From Spirogloea muscicola (Eukaryota): 64,000 nucleotides of DNA. Made by a program: the position numbers and the translations under genes. The stretch covers positions 239,802 through 303,801 of the forward strand of contig WELB01000018.1 of assembly GCA_009602725.1 (NCBI GenBank), read 5' to 3'. Positions 54,852 to 64,000 of the stretch are shown here, piece by piece. The notes beneath the pieces are model-generated. The model searched no databases. It was not told the origin of the DNA and saw nothing but the letters and a program-made list of their open reading frames with translations. Position 1 is the stretch's first letter. Each line of letters starts with the position of its first letter.

Positions 54852-55844
54852 CTTGCCTGGCAGGTAGTGTAGATATTGGCTTTGATGCTCGACTAGTCCG
54901 CCTATGAGCTACTTATGCAGCAATAACTTGCATTCAACTACTTAATCGTACTATTATCTATCTTGACCCAAGGGCCGTAGTCTCGTGATGCACTGTCTTC
55001 AGAAGGTGACGAATCTTGCTCCTCTACTTCAACACCACAGGTTGCCTAGGTCAAGTCTACGGACGCTATAGAAGTAGTGTGCTTTGACAAGCATCAAACT
55101 ATGTGCTTGAGCTTAAACGATCCGGTCCCAACACTCGAGAAATTGCACTGCAATCTTGTGCGTGTGTCGTGCTCGTTCCTGCTGCTGCACATGGAAATAG
55201 CTTGGCGGAGCTCCCGGCAGGCATGCTTGGGACGACCTGCCGGGACTTGGTGCTGCAGTGGCATCCGACGAGGGGCAACAGAACTGCAGGGTCTGCAGCT
55301 GCAGCTGCAGACTATTTATACACGGGTGCGCTCCCTGCGGCGTGTGAAGTCGGCTGAAGGGTTGCCGAGGAGCGCATCTGCAGCTCGGAGGAGGGGAAGG
55401 GTCAAGTAAGAGCATACCGAGACGCCGTAACATAAAGTTCGTGCCTCTAATTTGCCTTCCTAAGCCTCGACCAGCGAACCTTTCAGAGGCTGGCACCTAC
55501 ACGCTTCCAAGACTTTGTCTGACCTCTCGCATTTTCCCCAGCTCATCTGACTTCTGCAGCTGACACGTGACGCTGGCAGTGGTTGCTTGCCTAGCCTGTG
55601 GGTCCGCTAGTGTGATTATGAACACAATCCGCATGCACCTGGCTGGCTATTACAGCCGCTCTTGCAGCCACATTGTTCTTTCCCCCAGCGGCTGCGCCTG
55701 CTGTCTCCAACAAGGACTCAGTAGATATCCAGATTCTCTGTGAATCTGATGTTGTGGACCAATGGCTACTCTCTCCGCCATTCCTTCTTCTGGGCTCGCC
55801 AATCACAGCCATCGCCCTCTAGCTTTGTCTTAACTTAACCTCTG

Positions 55845-56330
55845 TGAGTTCTTTTCGGGCTGGCTTTTCACAGCCCTTGCCCACATTGGGAGTGCCACTT
55901 CTTCTAACTGGAAGGAGAAGGCGCGCGGTGCGCATGAAATTGAAAGGGAGGCCAACTCTAGCCTTACAAATGTCCTCTTAACTGGGCAATGAGCTGGCTA
56001 AAACAACAAAGTGCTCGCCCATAGAGAAGAGTGGCTGGCAAAGCCAGCCCGAAAAGGATGGACAATGAGCTGGCTAAGAAGAAAGGGCTCGCCCACGGAG
56101 AAGAGGGGCTGGCAAAGCCAGCTTAAACTCTCGTGTAGTTGAAACAAACGAAGGCCAAATGGCCAAGTACAATGGCAAGCACATCTTAAGACCTACATAA
56201 ACTACAGCAGATTGACCGGCTCAGTAACCGCGGGTCAAAACATGAAGGTCGCTAATCGATGTCTGAATACTAGATGTCGGATAAGAAGCCCTTCTGCCAC
56301 CAACAGCTAAGGGGACACTAACTGGAAGAG
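55845..56330. mobile_element. Cluster of CRE-like 3' ends upstream of the dioxygenase gene
   Basis: Motif at 55850-55904 (+), B-type end ~55912-55960 (-), solo motif 56002-56062 (-) with TSD CAATGAGCTGGCTAA (55987-56001 and 56063-56077), and a copy ending SISDLHVLTRGY* at 56221. Confidence 0.83.
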
Positions 56331-56559
56331 TCTTCCTTCCCCGCCAATGTGCTTGCCTTGGTACGCAGCCATTCAGGCCTTCCACAACTCCGATTGCCCC
56401 GCCTCCTTCAGCAGCGGCGGCGGCGGCGGCGGCGGCGGTCTCCCGCGGCGGCGGTGGCTGTGGCGGTGGCTGCGGCGCCCGCCAGCAGCCGGCGAAGCAC
56501 ACCTGCTGGCTCGCACTGCGCTCAAGCTCGGCTGCCGCGAGTCCGCCACCGCCGCCGCC

Positions 56560-59500
56560 ATGAGCGGCCTCCCGCCAGCGAGCGAGCGCGCCATCGGCGT
56601 CGTGGACCTGGCCGAGAGCGACGACGCCGTCGCCGCGGCCGTCCGCAAGGTGCGCCGTGAGGTTCAGGGCTTAGCTGCACGGCAGGAGCTGCGGAGGTCA
56701 TTGCCGCGAGGCTGACCCTGTCGCCGCCGCCGGCGCAGCGTGCGTGGAGGCGGGCTTCTTCTACGTCGTGAACCACGGCGTGGACGCGGCGCTAGCGGCC
56801 GCGGCGCTGGCGGGCGCCCGCGCCTTCTTCGCGCTGCCGCTGGGCGCCAAGATGGCGGTGGCGCAGGACGCCAACAACCGCGGCTACACGGCCTTCCGGG
56901 AGGAGGTCCTCGACCCCGCCCGCCAGACCATCGGTACAGCCCTCCCACTCCACACTTGTATCCAAGGACCTCCCGGGCCTGCGAATGTCACAAAGTCCTA
57001 GGGTTTCAGGTTCGGGGTGTCGGGTTTTGGGGTTTAGCGCAAGGGTATCAAGTGTCCCCACACTTGTCCTCGAGGATCTGCCTGACCAGTGCCACAAAGG
57101 GATGGGGTTTGGGATTTCCAGTCAGAAGAGTTAAGGTTTAGTTATAGGTTTAGGGATTCGAGTTAGCCTGTGTCAACCCGCGCTCCTATCCTCCTCTGCA
57201 GCCCCTCAGGTCGTTTGTAGGACAAATGTTATAGGACAAAGTCTGGAGGACTAGGACAACCCTATCAAGAAATATACGCTTGTCATCCACGGAGATTGTG
57301 TTGTGCGCTAGCTGCTGGCAGCCCCGTAATACACCAAGCTGTCAGTTGTGGGCTCCATGGAGCCAGGGAAGCAAGCAGGCAGTCATGGGCCGTGTATTCC
57401 CTGCACCATCTCCGAGCTCTGGTGCTCGACTTGCTGACCAATCGTGTCAGAGCGGCGGTCTTCGGGTGTCGGCTCCGGGTGGCTGGCCTGTTATGGGCTC
57501 CATGCTCCACCAATGGAGACAAGACCAGTGAGCCTCCGAGCAGTCGCCGCGCCAGGCGACCGCACGCGCGGGTATGCTGTGGGGTGCCTCAGCCGGCTCT
57601 CGTCGTGGAGATGCCTTGCGCAGGGGACACCAAGGAGGGCTTCTACATTGGCAAGGAGGTCCCGGCTGGCGATGCACGCTCCGCCAAGCCGCTTAACGGG
57701 CCGAACCAGTGGCCCGCCGCCCGTGAGCCGCCTGGAAATCTCTGCCCTGACTGTCATGAAATCCTGCAAGGTTGACAATTGAATTCTCTATGCTCAGTGC
57801 GGAGCACAAAATTGGCGGTGCTGGGGTAATCTGCAGTTAATCCTTTCCCTTTGACCTTGACTCTGTGAATGCTCCTGAGGGCAGAGCTGCTGCCAGGGTG
57901 GCGGGAGACCATGGAGGCCTACTTTGAGCAAGCCAAGTAAGAAGTCTATAGCTAGGGTTTAGGATCCATGGCATAGGTCCATTGGCTCCTTGGCCAGCAC
58001 CATCAGCACAATCATCACCACCGTGATTGTGTTAATTGTGACCTGAGCTCAGGCTCAGAACTTAGGACGCACCTGGCTCAGCTGGACCATACGCATCTTC
58101 ACTGCCTGCCTGCAGGCGCCTGGGTCTGCACCTGTTGAAGCACTCGCGCGCGCCCTGGACCTGGACATGGGCCACTTCCTCCAGCCGGGCATGTTCGACG
58201 ACCCCATGCTCTTCCTGCGCCTCCTCCATTACAGTGGTGAGCCCCTCCGATCCTCGAGCTTCGACAACTCCCTGAGACCTTGACCACAAACGTCACTCCC
58301 CGTGCTCTTCGTCCTGACACCTATGGCTTGTTCCCAAGCCTAGCTTAACCTTGTGCCCCAACTCTGATTGCTCGTCACCGTCACAGACTTGTGATGGTTG
58401 CAGTCATAGGAAGCCGACACACAAGCAAGGCACGCTTGCGCCTAAACGGACCTAGCTGCCGCGTATCTCCCAGAGGAGCAATCAAGGCCCGAGGAAGGCG
58501 TCTTTGGTGCTGGCGCACATACGGATTACGGCATGCTCACTCTGCTGCTCACCGATGACGTCTCCGGCCTCCAGGTAGCTGAACCGCTGCCTGGGTCACT
58601 GTTGCTGCTTGACTGCTTCACATGTTCCCATGTGTTGGGTCTGGACCTCCTTGAGAGCTTCCTCAAGTGTATGTATTATAGACCAGATGTGTGCCTGGAG
58701 CCTTGCATCATGCCTAAGGTAGCTGAGCTCTCACGCTCTCAGTATGTGTTGCAGATCTGTAAGGAGAAAGCCGAGGTGCCGCAGCTGTGGGAGGACGTGA
58801 AGCCGCTGCCGGGGTGAGGGATGCCGCCTGCTTTAAGTGCTGCCGCCACATGCACTCAATTGACTTGCTTTCTTATCACTAAAGCACAGCAATGAATGGA
58901 TGTTGACCTTCTGCACTATAGGGCCCTCATTGTGAACCTTGGCGACATGCTAGAGCGGTGGACCAACAATCGTTTCAGGTCAGCAGTTGCTCATCTCAGT
59001 TGATGTACTTGACCTTGTGTGATTTGCTTAAACGTAGCCGGTGTTGCGAATTCATGTGATCACTGGGCAGCGGCTGCCACTATATTTATTTGGATGTGCA
59101 GCTACCTGCGGACGGGGGTACTGGCCCTCGTGAGCGGCACTCCCTTGCAAATCTGATACAGCAGAGCTACTGTTGCTGCAGGTCCACATTGCATCGGGTG
59201 GTAAATCCAGGGAAAGAGCGCTATTCTGTAAGCCTATAATTCAGGGTCATAAAGTAGTACCGAAAAAGGATATCTCATATAGTAGTACTGGCAAAGGATG
59301 TCTCACATCATCGTTGCCTAAGAAAATTGTTGCCTATGACTCTGCCACTTAAATGTCGGAAGCCATGGAGCCCGTGGCCAAGTGCGACTATAGTATTACG
59401 CTTTGAGTGGCCCAGACTGACTTGCACACGATTGATTTTTGCAGATTCCCTTCTTCTTTGAGCCCAATTTTGACTGCTTGGTGGAGTGCCTCCCATCGTG

Positions 59501-59905
59501 CTGCAACCCTAGCAACCCCCCCAGGTGCACAACATCTCCGCATAGACTTTGCTGCTGACTCCTCATTAGACTGAGTCAAGCTTCAGCAGCAAGCTGCTGG
59601 TAAACAAGGCAATGTGGCAGTCAGTGCTTGGCGGCCCTGGTCACATCATCGTCAGCAGGGATTTAGGGCTGCTTTCCAGTATTTTTCTGGCCCACTCTAT
59701 ATTGGTGGTCATATGCTCAGGCTGAGTACTAAAATCCTTGCAGTTTCTTGCAACTTGATTCTAATTTCTGCATTGATATGACGGGTAAGTTCTACACTTA
59801 GGGGCAGCTTTCACTCCCTGTTCCAGATATCCACCAATTCGGAGCGGACAGTACCTGCTCGACCGCTACAAAGCCACACACACGGGCTATGATGCGCCAG
59901 TCTGA
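56560..59905 (+). CDS. 2-oxoglutarate/Fe(II)-dependent dioxygenase (DIOX_N plus 2OG-FeII_Oxy), with an apparent 1-bp frameshift near 58141
   Basis: ACVEAGFFYVVNHGV, NNRGY, GDTKEGFYIG, GPNQWP, LRLLHY, GAGAHTDYGMLTLL, NLGDMLERWTN, STLHRV, ERYS|IPFFFEP; HxD...H and RxS motifs intact; stop 59903-59905. Confidence 0.9.
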
Positions 59906-60376
59906 GAACTCCATAAGAAGTGCAGGCATCCGTCACCCTGCTGCATTGCCCTGGTCGTTAAGATATTGTACATAGGAGTCTAAGGGGTGTGCACATAGCT
60001 TGTCTAGCTCAATATGCAAGCCTATTCTGCATAGAGCATTTACAAGTTGCTTGCAACGTGAGTGGTTGATACATGTGAGAGTGCAACAATGATGCTTAAG
60101 TTGCACCCTGGATCATTGCCACAAAGCGAAAGCACATACCTGCAAAAGTGGACGCCAACCTAAGTAACCTGCATTCTCTAATACCGACCACTGAACAGCC
60201 ACTGCTGCACATTGCTAGAATGTTGCTTCTGCAGATTCTACAGTGAGGGCTAAGAGATTCTAAGGAACAAGCCAACGGCAGAGTGTCTGAGTAGTTGGTC
60301 GAAGCCCACCGAAGTCTGTGTAGGGGCCACTTCAAGCGCACTCTGTACCTCACGGACCTGCTGCCAGCGCTCCACC

Positions 60377-63300
60377 TCAGAAGCGCCGGATGTCCTTGGG
60401 TGGCCGGAAATGTACAGGGTGCGTCTCGGGTGTGGCCGTCATGTCCTCCTTCCACATCTTGATCGTCTTGTCCGCCTCGCACGTCACCAGCCGCGTGCCT
60501 GTCATGTCAAACGAAAGCGCGTAGATGCCTGCCTCGCTGTCCAGCGAGCCTGCACATACCACCGCAATATGACGGCATTAGTAAAATGACAACTTTGAGG
60601 ATTAAAGGCTCACACTTGAGGTTCTGCAGATTTGAGTGCACTGATCTAACAGCTGTCCTAAAGGGGTTTGCCTCATGCACCCATCAAGTAGCGAGGTGTT
60701 CATTTTCTCGCATAGTCAATTTACACCTGGCTGCACGACCGTCTGCGCCTGCTGGTAGTTGTGGCCGCTCTTCCAGTCCCAGCACCACACACTACCATTA
60801 TCACCTGCCATTATGAGAAATTCATTGTCAGCTACTTGCAACTCCATCATGCTGAAGTGCCTAACACAGCTTGTTTCAATTCCTTGGGGCATGAGCACCA
60901 TGCAGCACCTACCTCCGGACACCATGACGTTGTCCTCGTTGATGGCCATGCAGTTGACAATGGTCCTCTGCTGGGACCTGTGCCGCTTAGTAGAGTCCAG
61001 TCAGGTGCATCCCAAGGCTAGTCTAGCTAATACCATATCATTCTTCAGAGTCTGCCCGTGCTTGCTAAGAACAAATCGTACGAGTCATATCACATGATTT
61101 TTCAGAAAGAGACACATGATTGTGTTGATCAAACTCACAGCATGTTGTGCAGGAACTCCCCTTTCGGTAGGCGGAATTTCTTCACATTGTCTGCCGACGC
61201 CGATGCGAATGTATGTCTGCACGACTCTTATGACGTTTTTGAGCAGCCAGCACAAAGTAGACCTGCTCAAGCAATCAGTACTTTGTGCTGAGTGAAAGTT
61301 GTGGTCATTGCGCCATTATGTAGGTAGAGCATTGTTAAAGTTTGGCCACCGAATAAGTGGCATAGGTAATCGCTTACTCGAAGGGATGCATCGCTAATGC
61401 TCGGACGGACTTCTTATGGAAGGTCAGGGTTGACATTGTTTTGCCTGCAAATCACAGCAGCAAATTATGACACCAAGATGGCAATGGCATAAGACTGAGA
61501 ATGCAGTAGCCATGCATGCCATGCAAGGATGACAGGAAAGCCTTTGCTGTCACACTATCTCCCCCCAAAGACCAAACACAGAGCAGCAGTAGTCCTCAAA
61601 GCTGTGGCGAGGACCTGCAGCAAGATCCCAGAGCTTTATGGTTGTGTCATGGGATCCCGTGACCACCTGAGGGTCCTGCATCAGACAAAAGACATTGAGA
61701 GTAAGCAGAGGGCATCCAGAACTACGAGGACCGATGTAAGTAACAGGTCGTGTGCAACCTTCCATATAAACGAGAGCAGAACCAGAGTCGTGGACTTACT
61801 GCACCCTGTGTGATGACTGCGCAGACTGTGCTCTCATGGCCAGACAGGGCGAACACCTGCGCCTTGGTCCGCATGTCCCAGACCTGCCGGCAGATTCAGC
61901 AGCGCCTGTCAGTCACCTCTCTTGCACTTAATATTGCAGCCTTGGCTACATCCATACTGTCATCATGAATAAGGGGAGGTCTGACCCGGCAGACGGAGTC
62001 GCGCCCGCCAGTCATGAGGACATCGAGCATAGGGTGCAGCGCCAGGCAGTAGACGCCGCTGAGGTGCCCGTGGTATGACCTGATTACCTGCCGCCCTTGC
62101 CAGACGCGTGCGTCAGTGCGATTGCAGCAACAACGTGACCAAGATTTGCCAACATAATGAAAGACTGGAGTATGCCAAAGTTGCTTGCGAGCCCACCATG
62201 CTTCAGCACAATCCTCCATGCAAGGAGTGCACTGATGGACTCGGAGTATAAGAGACACCAATTTGAGGATGAAAGGAAGTCAGTAAGCACCTTGTTGTAC
62301 TCAAGGTCCCAGCACTTGACCATCTTATCATCACCCGCTGAGAACATGTATGGGTGCCTGGGGCTCACTGCAAGGCCTGCACCAGTGCAACTTGGCCTTC
62401 AGCACAAGGACTACTAGTCATGCCGATGCTGTACAAGTCCCTACACTTTAAGTAACCACGGCCACAGGGAACCCCTATCAGCACAGTGTGACGCCGATGC
62501 TGTACTAAGCCTTCACTTTCAGTCACTAGACCAGCATTTATGTCCTTAGGACCTCTAATCTGCTCGATGTGCCCCGTGAGCGTGAGCTTCAACTTCCCCG
62601 TCGCAGTCTCCCAGATCTGCATGCAACATGTCACGGGGGTACAAGCTGGTCAGTTGAGCTCCATGGCTGCGTCACATCAGCGGACCTGTCAGCATGGAAG
62701 CTGCTTACTTTGAGAGCATCGTTTCAAAGGCAAATCTCGAGAGCCTGTCTAAGACATTCTGTCCCCTTTGAGATTGTTGGCAATTCGACAAGCACCTTGA
62801 TTGTCCGGTCTGCCGACCCCGTGCAGAACCACTCGTTGGCAGGCTCAAAGGCCACAGACCGCACCCAGCCCAGGTGGCCACTGATGACCTGGCGCAGGAG
62901 GAGCTCCATATGAACATGAGTGTCCGCGTCCACGCCAACGTTAGTAAGAGTGAGAGAGAGAGATATATATATATATATATGCTGTGGCTGTACAAAGGGG
63001 CCCATGTGAGCAGAGAGATAGGATAATTCCTACGCTGCAAGCAACAAGCCCTACTTGGAACCTGAACAAAGGCACAATTGCGGTATCTATCTCCAGCGTC
63101 CTCCTCAGGAGAAACAAGCTCCACCAGTGGTCCACCTTCCTAGCCTCTATCCTTGGGGTGATTTCTAAGTACAGCTTGAAGTTGTCAGCATGATAGTAAG
63201 GCTCAGGAAAGTCATGCTAAGGGAGACCGCGTGCACGAGCTAGTGAGGCTGCTTACCCGGTAGTTTTTCCAAGGTGGGTGCCACACGGGCTTTGGCCACT

Positions 63301-64000
63301 TACTCGGCAGCCGCTTCATCACTTGTGCGCTCGGCATGTACCTGCATGTCGCCAATGGGTGGGAGGGAGGACGATCTTGCTGACCAGATATCCTAGCCTT
63401 GCTTGACTGAGACGTTCAATTGGAGCGTAGGCTCAACGTCCAAGCATCTCTGATACTAAGCATGCTGTCAACTTCCAATAAATTGCTTTGTTTATAGATT
63501 GTTGCAGTACACTGTTGCGCCATCTGTCAGTGCACGCAGAGCTGTGAGGGCACTGGCAGCTGCGACTCAAGCGCGCACCTCTCAGCAACGGTGGTCGAGG
63601 GCTTGGCCTGGGCGAGGGCCTTGGTCTCGGGCGCGGCGCCAATCTGCGAGCTGTGGAAGTGGCAGAGATGCCGTGTGCGATTGGCAGGCTGCCTCCTCTC
63701 CAGCAATCCAGCACCAACACCAATCAAAACCAAGGTCCAACACTTGCAAGACGGAACCTCGCGGCACTAAGTAGTGGGGACTAACAGCAACTTGCCGCAT
63801 GAGGAGGAAGGAGGCAACCGACTTGGCCGACGGTTGGGGAGCGATGGCGACCATCTGCATGCCCTTGCCGTCAGGAGTGGCGCTGAGAGCTCCGTCAAGC
63901 CCCACTTCACAACAACACAAGCGCGACGTGGTCAGCTGTCGTGCCACGGTAGGTATTGTCTCTAATGAATTTCAATTCACTGTAGCAGCTGCAGAGTCTG
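60377..64000 (-). CDS. PRL1: Pleiotropic regulatory locus 1 (PLRG1/Prp46, WD40 subunit of the NineTeen complex); 5' end outside the window
   Basis: [102 protein letters not shown]...[13 protein letters not shown]...RPPKDIRRF*. Confidence 0.97.

Noticed and set aside
60377..63290. Non-canonical (U12-type or GC-AG) introns in conserved genes
   Set aside because: The junctions I could place in PRL1, PFK, CPL3, UBC and PME were all GT-AG.

Overview
Gene-dense, intron-rich eukaryotic nuclear DNA with two assembly gaps. A streptophyte alga or early-diverging plant is inferred from the gene content (pectin methylesterase, NDH subunit PnsB1/NDF1, USP-kinase-U-box genes) and the GC-rich first exons. 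Host genes in order: CPL3-like CTD phosphatase (3' part), a USP-kinase-U-box gene, a trihelix/Myb-SANT gene folded into a ~900-bp palindrome, a pseudogenised USP-kinase-U-box paralogue, RAD6-type UBC1/2, ATP-dependent phosphofructokinase, PnsB1, a P-class PPR gene, a pectin methylesterase with a Pro/Ala/Ser/Thr-rich tail, a 2OG-Fe(II) dioxygenase with an apparent frameshift, and PRL1 (3' part). One complete but mutated Ty1/copia element has TG...GA LTRs and a 5-bp TSD. The strongest candidate for a novel system is a multi-subfamily CRE-like, restriction-like endonuclease (RLE) non-LTR retrotransposon. More than a dozen 5'-truncated copies and ~60-nt mini-copies share a structured 3' end and repeatedly insert into or directly behind each other's 3' ends, with 10-15 bp TSDs visible. 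They occur in intergenic spaces holding a gene 5' end, mostly pointing away from the gene, and none was seen between convergent genes. All exon and repeat coordinates were read by eye and no database searches were run.
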